Positions 24,035 through 38,399 of a DNA stretch of 64,000 bases are shown here, in pieces. A program made the translations under genes and the position numbers. Below the pieces are notes generated by a model. The model saw nothing but the letters and a program-made list of their open reading frames with translations. It did not search any database and had not been told where the DNA came from. How positions within the stretch are numbered: the stretch's first letter is position 1; each line of letters opens with the position of its first letter. The DNA comes from Parasitella parasitica NRRL 2501 (lineage: Eukaryota > Fungi > Mucoromycota), in NCBI GenBank assembly GCA_025201805.1, contig MU619254.1:247440-311439 (forward strand), given 5' to 3'.

Positions 24035-25132
24035 TACCTGGGAACACCATCTGACGCCACAAATGCCTGTAAAGTTTCATCCCAAATGCCACGTTCAGCG
24101 AAATATAGTAATGTTGAGAATAAAACGACACAAGTTACTGTAAAAAAGAACAGCGCGGATAGAGCGTCTCCCGATCTTCTGAAGGCCATCATCATCACTT
24201 CAATTGTCATGACAATGGTGTTGGAGTATTTGTACGATTTAAATAGGCGCAATAATCGAAACAGCCTTAGAATAGTGAATCTGAACTCGTACGTCTAGAT
24301 ATATACAAGGTTAAAAAAAACCAGATTAGCTCTGCACGCAATGGACCTACAGTGTCATGCTTTGCAATCACTTCAATGTAAAACGGGACAATAGATATGA
24401 AATCGATGATGGAAAGAGGGGCTAACTTGGTGGTGAATATCAATGCATCCAGCAAATGTATATTTGTATGCATAGGCCACTTACATAAAAAAAACTTTTT
24501 CAGCATACGGAGCGAGTCTGAATGAGCAAACATTCTCAAAAGATACTCTAATGTGAACAAGGCGACCATGGCTGATTCGAGGTGGAACCTAGTCGTATAT
24601 TATGCGATCGTGTCAATGATTTCTAGATGTGTGCTTTTCTTTTTCTTTTTTTTCTTTACCAAACTCTATTGCCCTTGGTCGAACGAAAAGAAGGGATCGT
24701 CTCAATGGTCGTCGTAATTGCGCTGAAAACAATTAAAAATGACACAATCACGTTTGTCCAGAAAGCGTTTCTACTGCTGGCCGGTTCTTCCAATAAAAGG
24801 TACAATTTCCTCTTGATGCTGCTCTTTATTTCAGGCATTGGAGGTGCCGAGTCTTCAATATCGATGTGAGTGGATGGCCGTGGTTGTCGTGGCTGTGGTG
24901 GATGCACGACCAAGTTGGCTACAGAAGTCCAGCCTTCTTCCGCCAGTCTACCAAGCTTGCGATACAACGGCGGTTGGTATTGGTTATCGCTCGTGTGTTC
25001 TTCTGGGGAACTACTGCCAGGCTCGGCCATCTCTATGGTTTCCCCATTGTGGAGTGGCTCTGTTTCTTCGTCTTCTTGCTTGGAGAATGATTTACTACCG
25101 CCACTGTTACCTTTTGAACGAAAAAAATTCAT
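23223..25132 (-). CDS. Voltage-gated (6TM, Kv/Shaker-like) potassium channel
   Basis: Spliced: LLLEEPASS, FTLEYLLR (S2), IIDFISIVPFY (S3), RFTILRLFRLLRLFK (S4), [23 protein letters not shown] (pore), LIALPSIIVGRNF (S6). Confidence 0.92.
23909..24032. repeat. Intronic (CAAATGY)n 7-bp array followed by a ~70-nt poly(A) run
   Basis: Read directly; lies within the Kv-channel intron. Confidence 0.9.
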
Positions 25133-25241
25133 GAAGAAGAGGAGGAAGAGTGAGTAGCAAGCACAAATAGAGGAAAAAGAAGAAAGAGAGAGAGAAAGAG
25201 ATGAAGATACTTTTGTACGTTATTTATTTTGAACACCCGTT

Positions 25242-26967
25242 TTAAAAATGAAATGAAAACTGTTGTCCTCGACTGCCACCACCGAAAGGGAAACCGTTGC
25301 CTGCACCGCCAAAGTGAGCAAAGGGGTTTCCATGGTGTTGGTGATGCGCGAATGGATTTCCGTATTGCTGCTGCTGCTGGGCAGATTCAGGGTCATAAGG
25401 GTCGAATCCGTTATCAAACTGATCCCTCTTCTCGGGATCGCTCAGCACTTCGTACGCTTGGTTGATCTCTGCCATTTTGCCTTCTACTTGGTTTTTATCC
25501 AGCTCTCCGCTGTATTTATCCGGATGCCATTCATGAGCTTTTTTGCGGTACGCCTTCTTGATAGTACGTGCATCAGCGTCTCTCGATACATCTAATTAGG
25601 ACTTGATTAGCAATCAATGAGGCTCCTTTCCTGGTATGCGTATTACCTAATATTTTATAGTAATCTCTCTTCTTGCTTTGCTTTAATAACTGCTGTGCTC
25701 GCTGTAGTAACTGGCGAATACGATTATCTTGCTGTCCACTAGCTTCGAATGCTTGTTCCAGATCGCGGACCGCACCTTCGAAATCATTGGCATTCAATTT
25801 CATTTCGCCCAAATGCGCTAGCGCTTCTTTATTCTGACGATCCAAATCAAGCGTCAATTGGCACCATTTTTGGGCCTTGTCCGTGTCCTTTTGTTTAGCT
25901 GACAATTCGCATGCCATTGAATAAATTTTGATATGGAGTCTTTTGGGTAATGCAGGCGCGTTTAGATCTTTTTCCAACGTCTGGAATGGCTCGTCAATAT
26001 CATTCACAATGCCTGGTTTGGTGCCTGTGCCGATTAAACCATTCAATGCCATGGCGTATCGCTGCCCTTTCTGTGCTTCTGCAGATTTTGTGATTTCTTT
26101 TTCAATGCGCTTGATTAGGCGAAAAAGACTTTTGCACTGACGATCTTCAGGGTCATAGTGTATACATTGTTTGACCTGAGTTAGCGCTCTTTCAGCCTCG
26201 TAAAGCGAAAAAAAGTTGATGGTGGCCAGTTCCAGCAAAAGACTCTTATCCGATGGGTTCAAATGAGCAACTCGTCTTGAAAGAAATCAGTGAATACAAC
26301 AGCCATCCTATTTCTGTTTATCGACACTTACGTATAGTCATTGGCTGCTTCTTCAATCTCGCCCTTGCCGATATGACATTTAGCACGAATAATACGCCAT
26401 TGGGGCTTTTGAGGAGCAGTACGAATGACTTGAGTCATATGCTGAATACACTGTTCATAGTTCCTGTCTTGATAAGCCTGTTGGCCCAAAATGCTCTGTT
26501 TCTCAGCGGCTTCGACCGATTCTAGCAAAGTCTTGACTTCTTGGTTGGACTTGGTGTCGCCATGTTCCAACAGATCGCTTTTGGCAAGCGAAAAATCACC
26601 GTCTGCAGCGTAAAGCTTGGCACGCTGTAATAGAGCCTTTTCAAAGCCTGGTTTCAAATCAAGTATTTTGGTGAAATCGTCAATGGCAGAAGCCGTTCTT
26701 CCCAAAGAAAGAAATGCAGTGGCTCTTTTATAGTAGGACACATAGTCTAAAGGGTTTTGCTCTGCAATATGTGATTAGCATGTATTTACTATTGCGGCTC
26801 TTGGAGTACATACGAATAGCAGCATCAAAGCTCATGATGGCATCAGTGTATTTGCCAGTGACCAAGTGCTGGTTTCCCTCTGCTAAATGCTGCTCAATGC
26901 TCTTGTCAGCATAGCAGGTGTTTACAAAGAAGGGTATAAGGAACGCTAATAATTTATTGGATTTCAT
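25242..26967 (-). CDS. DNAJC3: ER-lumenal TPR + J-domain co-chaperone (DNAJC3/ERdj6/P58IPK-like)
   Basis: Signal peptide, TPR repeats, KKRDYYKILG, WHPDK, EINQAYEVLSDPEKR..FDNG.DP, C-terminal FSFHF. Confidence 0.9.
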
Positions 26968-27275
26968 GATGAAAAAGCGAGTGAAATCAATCCATATTTC
27001 ATTTTAACCTAGTAATTAACCAATAACATGGAAATAAATTAAAAAGTTGACACGTATTATTGGAGGTCTAATTTTCAGCATTAGGGAGGAACGTCCGCAA
27101 GACAGAGCTTCACAAGTACAAGCAACCGTTTATAGCGGCATGTGATGCACTGTTTTAGGTCGCTGCTGATTGCAATGATTGTTATTAGATAGAAACAGTA
27201 GAGCAATACAGGGCGACGTGTATATCATAATTCATATTTGCATTGTCCCCACATTTGCTACTGAGAAATCAGACA

Positions 27276-29095
27276 CTACCTATTGCTGTGATGATGGTCT
27301 CGGTATCTTTCCATCATGCGCGCGTTCTGATTGTACGCCTGTTCAGTCAAGCATTCTGTGGTAGCTGGTAATGCAGATGACGGTGGAGACAACAATGGGC
27401 TCAAGATGGATCCATATCGCTTCCTCGAGTAGGGCGAGACGCTGGTACTGCTTCTTGATTCCTTATTAGCATACGACCTTCTTCTTACGCCTGTCAGCAT
27501 GGGAGGCACATCCAGCTCCTCTTCGTCATCTTGCTCATTATCGCTGGAATCTGAGTCGTCGTGCTTGGAGCGTTTCTTGATTCCTCTCCCTAGCGAGATG
27601 AGCTCTTCCAAATTCCTTGAAAATCTGTTTTCGCCTGCTATAAATGGATGCCTAATGGCCTCTTGTGGCGTCATTCTCTTGATAGGATCTACTTGTAGCG
27701 CCTTTTTCAAGAAATCGAGCAGATTTTGCCTCACTTTCATCTCTTTTTCTATCTCGGTGCTGGTCATGTCTTTTCTTGGCAGTGGGTATTTCAAAACTAG
27801 TTTATCCAAATTGTATGTCGAAAAATAGCGTTTGCTTGGCTTTTCGTTTTTGTTTCTCTCCTCCGAGTACTGCCGAATATCTTTGAAAGAGTATCTGGTT
27901 TCGCCCGCAAGCGTCGTTTTTCTGTTGTAATATCGGTGTCCACATTTTCCTCCAGAAATCATATAGTCCGGCAAAGCACCCACTGCCTCAATGATGCGAG
28001 TCAGCTGGTTGTATTCAGAACTCCCAGGAAATAGAGGTAGGCCCAGGTACAGTTCTGCCACTATGCAGCCAAACGACCACATGTCAATTGCTGTCGAGTA
28101 TTCAAGACCAATCAAGACCTCAGGAGATCTGTAGAATCTGCTCTGAATATACGTGTATGTCTGCTGTGATTCGTAACAGGCCGACCCGAAATCGATGACT
28201 TTGATAGCAGGGGATTCCAAGCTTCTCAGCAGAATGTTTTCTGGCTTCAGATCGCAGTGGATGATTTTGGCAGTCTTGATAACAGCCAAGGTATCCAGTA
28301 TCTGCGCCGAGAATACTCGCACTAGATTGGTTGATAAGCCTTTGAAATGGTTCTGCTTGACGAGTTCGTACAAATTGACTGACAAAAGCTCAAATACAAG
28401 ACACAGGTGGTTTTTGTGCATGAATGACTCCTTCATTCGCAAGATGTTGTGCTCATCGTTTGGGTCGCTGACGGTGTTCAGCTAATTGCTTTTTGTTGGT
28501 ATAATGACACGGCGCATCTGTGAATACTGACTTACATGTCGAAGAATATCCACTTCAATCAGACTCTGCTTTGTATAAGCCGGCTTATTTTTGATGATTT
28601 TCACGCCCACCAATTCTCCAGTTGTCATGTTTTTGCATTTTGCAACCTGCCCAAACGTACCAGCACCCAAAATATCTATAATTAGATATCTGCTCTCAAG
28701 TTAGAATACTTGCTTGGTAAATGCGCAGTTTTTTTTTTTTCTTTTTTTTTCTTATACTTTTTCTCGTCATTTGGTCCAACTAGGCCATGCACATATAATA
28801 TAAAATCTGAATTCTTGTTGTCGTACCCATCATTCTTGGAAGGCACACTTGGTTTCGTCAAGACCCTTTTCGGATTGAAGGTTGTGTCGTACTCAAAGCA
28901 CGGATTTCTCTTCCTGAACATATCACAGATGTTTACTGTCATATTCTGAATCAACTGAAATCACAAAGTTAAGCATCATGCGCAAGTTTCCAAGATGAAC
29001 TGCCTGCTTACCTTGTTCTTCAACGAGTTTCTGCGGCATGAAAGGGGAAACCAATCTTGGTAGCTTGGCTGTCTTTCCAATTGTTCGGTTGACAT
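27276..29095 (-). CDS. YAK1: YAK1/DYRK-family dual-specificity protein kinase
   Basis: PKRVLTKPS...NDGYDN...ILYV, GAGTFGQV, VKIIKNKPAY, IIHCDLKPEN, IDFGSAC, YTYIQSRFYRSPEV; exact 3' end uncertain. Confidence 0.85.
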
Positions 29096-30600
29096 GGTAG
29101 ACCCTTGGTACACGGAAGATGACATTCGATTGGGAAAAATGGAAAAAGGTGATTGATATTCTAATCATGGAAAAAAAAAGCTTAAATGAAATTATTACCC
29201 CACGGAGATTTGTTTGTGCTCCCGAGATTTTGCATGAATCCAGAAAAAGTTGTCTCATTGGATTCAGACGCATAATGCAGCATACATAGGACGATGGGGT
29301 ACTTGATTATCACGCATATTAATACACGAACATTGTAAAAAGACCGTGTTCTGTAAAAACTATCAATAAAGCCCTTGTACATAAGCTGCTTTACTATGGG
29401 CGGCACAAGATTGCATCATTTATTAATCAGGCCATGCTGAGGTATTGACAAAGCAGCCGGCAAAGTCTTTGAACTTCAGGGACTAGAGATCAAAGTTGGA
29501 TATTTATTCGTATAGTCTTAATACTGTATCTGCCTGAAATTAGCATCCAAGCTCTTGTTTCTTTTTGGAGCTCATAAAAATCCCTGGATAAATGTTTAAA
29601 GTTCTTTAATTGCTAAGTCTCTTTACTGTGCTCAATCTTCAATATTGCTTGCATTATGGCAAGCTTTATATTCCTGCTTGATAATAAAAATAAAAATAAA
29701 AAAACTTCTCCAATTTTGAATGAAACTATGCAAACGACGTTTAGAAGGTGCCTGCGTAATGTTTTAACTTGAAGGCTTTGTTATCAATTGTATTCAGACT
29801 TCCATCAACAAAGCCGTTGATCGCGTATTCTCTAGAGTATTCTCTCTATATCATTTGGCATCTTGTTTTGAACAGCACTAAAGCTTTTCTGTACTTTATA
29901 ATCCATCTGCAAAGAATAATCCACAGGATATATAGCGAGCTATGCCCTTCATATTAGCTGAACATAATAAGATGCGGAAATGGAAGCCTTAACTTATATA
30001 CGCCCAAACAGTACTTGGACATTTGTAACGCTCCATTACACAATCGGAAAGATGCTCATATATTTGAAGGCATAAGGAGAGAACAGAGTGCTTGAATGGC
30101 CTTTTGTAAATCAATTACAATTCTTATTTTGGAGCCACTACTACGTAAAATTGGAAAAAGAAACGCTGTAAGGAATGTGCCATGATGACTTATAATTATA
30201 TTCAACATAAACCTCAAAGGTACCAAATTCAACCAAATCAATTATCAAAAATCATAATGAATTGGCACAATAGTTGGAATAATTATTGCAATTTTATAAT
30301 TACTAACCCGAATACTTTCTTTAAGCCTTTAATATTTTTTATTATTGATACAAGCTAATCAATAAAGAATTGTGCTTTGCAACTGGCGGCTTTAATAAGA
30401 AATCCGTGGTAATATACAGTATTTATCGCGTTTTCAGCGCATTGGATTTGCAAGCTTGTGAATGCAGCTTATATCAGCATAAACTCTGGGTTGTAATTAG
30501 ATTGAGATTTTATTTCCCATGCTCGTAATATATATAAAATAAGCCTTTGTTTGTAGTTATTACTTTCTTTTTTCCATTTATAAAAGTCGGTTTGCACAAG

Positions 30601-31762
30601 ATGAAAGCATTCGTTGTTGAAAAATGGTTGAAGGGCCCTGAAGAACTTGCTGTCAAAAATGTAGACCTCCCTAGCGAGCCAAAGAAGGGAGAACTCCAGG
30701 TCCAAGTCAAGGCTGCTGGTTTAAACTTTTTCGACACATTGATGGTACATAACCAGCCAAAGGATAGCCCCATTTCATTGCTAATTGACATTTCACATAG
30801 ATCCAAGGCAAGTATCAAATAAAGCCTCCATTCCCCTTCATTCCTGGTGGAGAATTCAGCGGTGTCGTGCTCAAATCTACTGTCCCCAACTTCAAGGCTG
30901 GTGACCGAGTTTTTGGATCTGGAAACTCTTTTGCTGAAATCGTCAATGTCACTGCATCCAATGTTCTTCCTATGCCCAAGAACTTTTCATTTGAGCAAGC
31001 TGCTGGTCTGTACGTTACTTATCCTACCAGTTACTCGGCCCTTGTCTTGCGTGCCAATTTGAAGGCCGGTGAGTACTGTTTGGTTCATGCTGCTGCCGGT
31101 GGCGTTGGCATCGCTGCTGTTCAAATCGCAAAGGCTCTTGGTGCCAAGGTCATTGCAACCGCTGGCTCAGCCGAGAAGCTCGAAATCGCAAAGAAATTCG
31201 GCGCTGACTTTGTCATCAACTACCGTGATAAGGATTGGCCAGAGCAAGTAAAGAAAATAACCAATGGCCACGGTGCAGATGTTGTTTATGATCCTGTTGG
31301 CTTAGTTGAGACAAGGTAAGAAACAAGAACTTTGAATTGTGGACTTGTAGTAAATTTATTAATACGGAAAAATAGCACCAAATGCACCGCCTGGAACGGC
31401 CGTATTCTCATCATTGGTTTTGCTCAGGGCACCATCGAAAAGATCCCTGCTAACCGCTTGCTGTTGAAGAATATCTCTGCAGTGTAAGTTTACGCTTTAT
31501 TAGTCACTGGGTAAATGCTCTTATTTATGACACCTTACATAGTGGTTTGCATTGGGGTGCATATACCAAGAATGAACCTGAGCGCATTCCTGAGGTTTGG
31601 AAAGCGTTATTTGAATTGTTCGAATCTGGTAAATTGCAACCTGCACTCTACGGAACAGTCTACTCGCTTGACACCATCCCTCAAGGTATGATGGCTATTA
31701 ATGAGCGCAAATCATATGCCAAGGTTGTCGCAAAGGTTGGCAATGATGATAGCAAGCTTTAA
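30601..31762 (+). CDS. NADPH:quinone oxidoreductase / zeta-crystallin-like MDR
   Basis: AAGLNFFDTLMIQGKYQ.KPPFPFIPGGEFSG, HAAAGGVGIAAVQ, GADVVYDPVG. Confidence 0.9.
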
Positions 31763-32068
31763 ATATTTGTATAATCAAGATAAAAATATAAAAGTTGAAA
31801 ATTTAAAATGTACACAGTGTTACGCATATACAACATCGACATGCTACTGTATCAAGTGTTGCATAGATCTTCTTGGTTCGAAAGAGACGCCAGGATATGG
31901 TTCTCAAGCTTCCATTTGTGACACTTGACATGATACTCAAATGACGCTTTCTTTCATTTAAACAAAATGTTGTTGACCAGAGGCATCTCATTCTTTCTTC
32001 CTCTTTCTCTTTCTCTTTCTTTTTCTTTTTCTCTATTTTTTTTTTTTTTTTCTTTTCTCTTTTTTCCA

Positions 32069-33386
32069 ATGGAGTCGAAATTTCACTCTTGTGATAGTAA
32101 CACAATGCGATCATTTCTATTGTCAAATCCTGGAGCAGGGGCATACTCTCAGTCACCTCCATCTCCACAGCCTACAACACATGCAGATCAGACACCGTAT
32201 GCCTCAATAACATCTCAGCCTGTACAGATACCTCAGAAATCAACAACTGCCAGCACGTTTGTTCACAAATTATACAATATGGTGCTAGATGACCAGTTCC
32301 AGCATTTGATTGCATGGAATTACACGGGTGCGTCCTTTATTGTCTGCAACATCATGGAGTTTGCAAGAGATGTTCTGCCAAAGCATTTCAAGCACAACAA
32401 CTTTAGCAGTTTTGTCAGACAGCTCAACATGTAAACAAGATGCGCAATGTTTATTTGACAAAAAGTACTTAAAAAAAACATATATATATATATATATTAT
32501 ATGTATATACATGATATAGGTATGGCTTCCATAAAGTGAACAAGTCGCCTCGTGGCCACCGAACATTGGCAGAGAATCAAATCTGGGAATTCTCTCACTC
32601 AAGGTTCATTCGAGATCGTTCTGACTTGCTAGACGAAATAAAACGCAAAACCATGGAATCTGATACTGTGCGACGTGAAACCGACTTGCATGCACATATG
32701 GCAATGATGCAGATGTCTCAATCTGATATGCTGCAGCAAATAAATCATCTGCACGATACGTTTAATCAAATTGTCAAGGAATTGCACGAAACAAAACAAA
32801 AGCAAGAGCATAATAACAAATTAGTGAAAAACTTGCTATCATATATCACTCAGCAAAATGGAGGTATGTTTGTTTGCTTTTACGTGTGTATGGCGGTGCT
32901 CATTGACTAACAATTGCCTACCTACCAGGTCAGATACCCCATGAACTTGGCTCAGAGTTCAAGAAACTAGATATGAATGCAAAAGTAGCACCTTCAATAT
33001 TTATCACAACACACCAAGATCATTTCAATCACCAGCACCAGCCCTTGGTCCCCACTCAAAGTCGACCAAATAGTAGTCTATTACCGTCGGCTACTTTTCC
33101 TGGTGCGTTAATACCTAGTCCAAATCCAACTCACCTGGCAACAGCATCCTCCACATCACTCGATAAAAATTTCAACTATTTCCAAACGAATTCAACATCA
33201 CAAAGTCCATCCCAGGTGCTGGCAGCAGCGCAAGCGGCAGCATCAGTGACAATGACATTGCCTGACATTTTGAACTCACCGACACCATCGCCCACACCTT
33301 CACCTGCGCCTGCGCACCAAACCGACATTGGTCGAAATAACCGTTTCTCCTTTAACAATTCATCGCATCACTCAATGAATGGGTAA
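32069..33386 (+). CDS. HSF-type DNA-binding transcription factor with coiled coil; no receiver domain seen
   Basis: FVHKLYNMV, LPKHFKHNNFSSFVRQLNM|YGFHKV, WEFSH. Confidence 0.9.
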
Positions 33387-34089
33387 CATATGTTTATTTG
33401 TTATACGATAATAGATTCAAAGATTTATCTTCTCTTTTATGACATTATACTCTTTTCTTTCTTCTCTTGGTTAAAACTAATTATAGTGACCCTCTTTTCC
33501 TCCCTTCCTCCCCCCCTTCCTCCCCCCTGGTCAGCTAATTAAGTGGGCAGAGAAATCCAGCTATTCCTTTGCTTCTATTGTATATTTACTGTTACACTGG
33601 TCATTTGGTTTAATAGGATCAGATTACTATTACAGTGTTTTTTTAAATTAAAAAAAAAAGAGAGGTGCTGGCAGCGCTATAAAACCAGTAGAATCAGGAA
33701 CTGTGTATATTCTGAAGAGCTATAATTGATAAAGCATAATTGTACTAGAGATCAGTAAAAAAAAACAAAAAAATTGATAAAGCCCCCATCAACTGTAATA
33801 TTTTATTCAAGATAGATCAATTTGTTATATTCGCGATATGATATAATACAGTTTTCGCACATACAACTACCCATTATTGAATAGACTTTTACCATGATAC
33901 ATGTATTAAAAGTTTTCCTAATATACGCAAGACAATGGTCAATATCACCTGAAAATACCGATTGTTGTCTTACATGTAATTTTAGCTAATTTGTTTTTAG
34001 CAGATTCAGGAGTTGCTAAAAAAAAAAAAGAGTTAATTAGCTCTTCTGCTTCTTTTTGTTCCATTTTATACATGACACTCACATAAATA

Positions 34090-37072
34090 ATGAAGAATCC
34101 AGGTTTCATTATTTGCACTGCACTGCTGTTGTCACTATTTACAGTATATGCTGATAACGATAACATTGGCTTTAATCCAAAGCTCAAATCACCCATCCAA
34201 AACAATATACCCGGGCGATTTCTGATCGAGTATACCACCAACGATGCCCACAGCAACGACATGTTTGACTCATTAAAAGACACATACCAAGCAGTTTCTG
34301 TAGGAGACCCAGTATCGTTATCTGATGGGAGCCGTATGCGTTCAGTCCATAACAACAACGCAAATGAACACGATAATTTTTTGCAGACATTAGTAGACCA
34401 TGAAAATGTGGTGGCGGTGTATCCAGTCACCTACGTAGCACGGCCTGCCTCCAAATCGAATGGCTATTTCGGCCAGATTAGTCCTGAAATCACTGAAAAG
34501 ATCCAGGCACACGGTTTAACTCAAGTTGATCAGCTCCACAAAGAAGGATGGTTCGGTAAAGGTGTTCGTATTTGCGTCCTTGATACAGGCATAGATTACA
34601 TGCATCCTGCGTTAGGCGGCGGTTTCGGGCCAGGTTATAAAATCTCGTTTGGTGCAGATTTGGTGGGAGACGACTACGATCCAATGGACCAGAACAGCAC
34701 AGCGCTTTCTGATAATAAACCACCATTAGACAATTGCAGCAAGTTGAACAAAGAAGCCGGTAAATTGGAGGGGGGGGGGGAGAAAGACCAAAGAAATAAT
34801 AATGTAGTCGTAAACTCACATGCTACACACTAGATGGCCATGGAACACACGTTGTTGGCATTATTGCTGGGAATGACACATCCAAAGTAATACACGGCCG
34901 CATTTTATTCTTGTATCTTGTTTTACTAACAAGCAGCTCCGAGTAGGGTTTCATTGGCGTCTCCCCAGATGCGGATATCGGTGTGTGGAGGGTCTTTGGC
35001 TGTAATGGTGGGAGTAGCTCTGAAATCATCATGAAGGCAATGATTGAGGCTCAAAAAGCGAAATGCGATGTAATTAATATGAGTCTAGGCAATGGAGCGC
35101 CCTGGTCAGAGCTGCCTCATGCCGCGTTTGCTCAAAAACTAGCCAAGCAAGGCATATCAGGTAATGTTAGGAGCAATTGCCTGCTTTTTATGCACATGGC
35201 TAACCAACCTGGGGCAATGTGTAGTGGTTGTCTCTAACGGCAACAATGGTGAAGACGGTGCTTTCACAGTGACAGATCCCGCCGGTGCTCATGATGCCCT
35301 AACCGTGGCTGCTGCTACCAATCCTAATTATTTAGGCAGTTTATTCTCCTTGAAGACATCTACAGGCAAGTCGTATGGGCCTTACTGTGAGTATAATAGT
35401 CATGTATACTGGTATATTTGTTAGGTAGCTCATAGTTCTGCATATAGCTTACCAAGTTGCTCCAGAGGCCAATGATGAGTTTCCAGACGGTGATATTGTA
35501 TTAGGTGGAACATCAGACACGCTTTCTGCTTGCGAATCAGACACTATCAACAGCAATCGCAATCTTAAAGGAAAGTTAGCCCTAGTTAAGCAGGGACCCT
35601 GCCAAATTACGGAGCAAGCAAATCGGTTGGCAGTTGCTGGTGCTATTGGCTTGGTCTATTTCAACACGCAAGCCAACCATCTTATTCGAGCTCCTTTCAT
35701 CAATGCTAGCATTCCTATCGCTACAATTTCATCTGTCGGTGGCCATCATATGATGTCTATTTTGAAAAACGTAGATAGCAGCCGCGACCATGTTCATGTC
35801 AAATTTGAAAGAGATGCCTTTGTTTTCGAATCAGCAACTGCCAACACAATTGCCTACTTTTCAAGTGTGGGCCCTACGGTTGAACTGGATATGAAGCCTT
35901 CCTTCGCTGCTCTTGGTAGTGATGTATACTCTACGCTTCCACAGTATCTGGGAGGCTGGGGCACTAAATCAGGTACATCAATGGCCACGCCTTATGTCAC
36001 TGGTGTGGTTGCTCTTATGAGACAGGCGTTAGCAGAAAAGAACCTACCATCGCAAATGCTGCACGAGAAGCTTCAAAACTATGGCAAAGTACTGAATGCT
36101 TATAAAGCCAAAAGTAACCAATTAGATTCACCATTGCGCCAAGGTGCAGGCCTGATTCAAGGTAAAAAAAACCAGCAAGTATTAATTTGCTGTAAAATCC
36201 GTGCAAACATAGCTTATGATGCCATCAAAGAGCCTCTACATATATCTCCATCTTATTTCAGCTTCAATGATACCAGGGCAGGCAATGAATACAGATCTCA
36301 TTCACTCAAAATCACAAACACAGGCGATAAGACCGTCGAATACAAGGTGATTAGCACTACTTCTGCTTCCATTTCATCCTATGGCCCGAACAACACTGAA
36401 TTCAGAATAGTTGGTTACAACAGCGACAAATTCTACACTGCATCAGTCAATGTCGATGTCACAGTGGATCAAGACTCTGTGGAGCTGCAGCCAGGTGAAT
36501 CAAAGCAGATACGTGCCACTGTCCACATTCCTGCCGAATATGACAAAAACGAGCAAATCATGTATGGTGGGTTCATTCAATTCCAGCCTGTTGGGACCGA
36601 TGCGGCTTCAGCCCATGTGCCTTATTTTGGTGTGCTAGGCAGTCTGTACGATCTCCCAACATTCAAGACGTCTGAGCTGAGCATTGAAGATCAGCAAGGT
36701 CGCGCTTATGGCCATAATGATACTTTTAAACTCAAGCTCTCTGATCAGTCGACAGCGCCCACTATCGGATTCCATCTATTAACACCCTCTCGACGCATCG
36801 TCATTGATTTAATTGACTCTGAAGAGAATCGTGTTGGTTTTGTTGTCCCTACTTACAATTACGCAGAACGCTCGCTTAAAGCCAGTTCCACTGACGAACT
36901 AAATCCATGGACAGGTAAATTAACCGCAGATGGCAACATCAACTCTGTTCCTTTCACTGTAAACCCGGGTCTATACAGAGTACGGTGGTCTGCATTGCGC
37001 ATGTTTGGCGATTTAGATAAAAGCGAGGATTGGGTTATCCACTCTTCGTGTGAACTCGAGGTTGTAGCTTAA
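34090..37072 (+). CDS. Secreted subtilisin-like S8 peptidase with PA and Fn3-like domains
   Basis: Signal peptide; catalytic triad VLDTG, GHGTHVVG, SGTSMATP; PA insert (GKLALVKQGPC); QGAGL. Confidence 0.9.
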
Positions 37073-37170
37073 AATCTGTACTATACATAAACAGCTTCTT
37101 TTTCTTTTTTTTTCTTTTTTTTTGATAATGCGTGCGTTAGTTTATTTGTGTGTAGATTACAGAACTTTCT

Positions 37171-37895
37171 TTAGCGAGAAGTGGCAGCAGCCTTAGGGGC
37201 GAAACCCTTGGCTTGTTGTTTGCTGACCTTGGGTTGAGAGGCCTGACACACAAAAACAGCAGTGGTTAGATTATGGATACAACTCTATCATGGATTCCGT
37301 CTCACTTACAGTAGGCTTGGCTGCTTTTTTAGCAGCATCAGCAGCCTTTTTGGCATCCTTAGACTTGGAAATAGCAGCTTGGCGAGCAGCAGCACGAGCA
37401 TCAGGCTTTTGGTTACGCTTAGCACGGATAGCATCCCAAGAAGCACCAACAATAGCACGCTCGTGCTTGACAGTGCGGCGAGAACGCTTCTTTTGGATTT
37501 CTTCAGGCATACCCTTCTTGTTCAGATGACGGTAAATAACGGTCCATCTGATCTTACGGGGGTTCAAACGTTGAAGAAAGTAAGAAGCAGCCTTGCCATT
37601 AATGAAACGGAAAGTCTAGGCTATTGTTAGAGATCCAAACAACGTAAACACCTGTCTAAATACATACTCTATCATATAAACATTAGCAAAAACCACAAGT
37701 CAAAGCAGCAATATGCAGTTTTCATTCTGTACCTGCTATCGACACGAACATAGGTCTTTCCCTTGGCAGGGTAAATCTTGTGACCAGAGAAGGAACAAAT
37801 CTCGAGTCTAATTGATAATGTTAAGTCTTATTTACTGGGTGAATGGATAGATGCGTTGTTGGATGGATGGATTGGGTGTTTTTCTCTTACTTCAT
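37171..37895 (-). CDS. RPL24: 60S ribosomal protein L24 (eL24), 4 exons
   Basis: EICSFSGHKIYPAKG, NPRKIRWTVIYR, RAIVGASWDAIRAKRNQKP. Confidence 0.95.
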
Positions 37896-38399
37896 TCTAG
37901 CTGTACCAAATTCTTAAAAGGAACGATTCCTGGATGCAGCACCTACAGATTCAATATGGCTATTTGCCCAGGTAGAGGGGCAAATGTCCGGCAGCTCGAG
38001 AGCTGTGATGCTTGCGGCAAGTGAACACTTTTCATAGCAACTTGATCGTAGCACGACAACAGTACGGGTAAAGAAAGTTATTGACAAAAAGGATTGCTTT
38101 ACAAACGAGATCCTTTTCCGCACCGTTGATGCAATCTCGCAACGTCAAGATCATGCAGGAAACATGCTGCAGCTGCAAATTTCGACGACCCAAAGACGCC
38201 GCTTTTCGTGAGATCCAGATCCTGCTGATTATTCAAGTAATAACCAACACTGATGATTTAAAAGCAAAACGATAAGGAAATACAAGCCAAATGATTGTTT
38301 GAAAAAAGAGCAATTTAATATGTACAATGAATAATGTCAAAATAATAAGTAGGTCATTTTTATTACAGATTTTTTTCTGCATAATCATGATATGAAAGT

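Noticed and set aside
23751-24298. Poly-Lys / poly-Phe ORFs
   Set aside because: They are translations of an intronic homopolymer.
29400-30240. Short broken ORFs here and at 48300-49330 and 63240-63700
   Set aside because: They may be decayed TE or pseudogene sequence, but I recognised no motifs.
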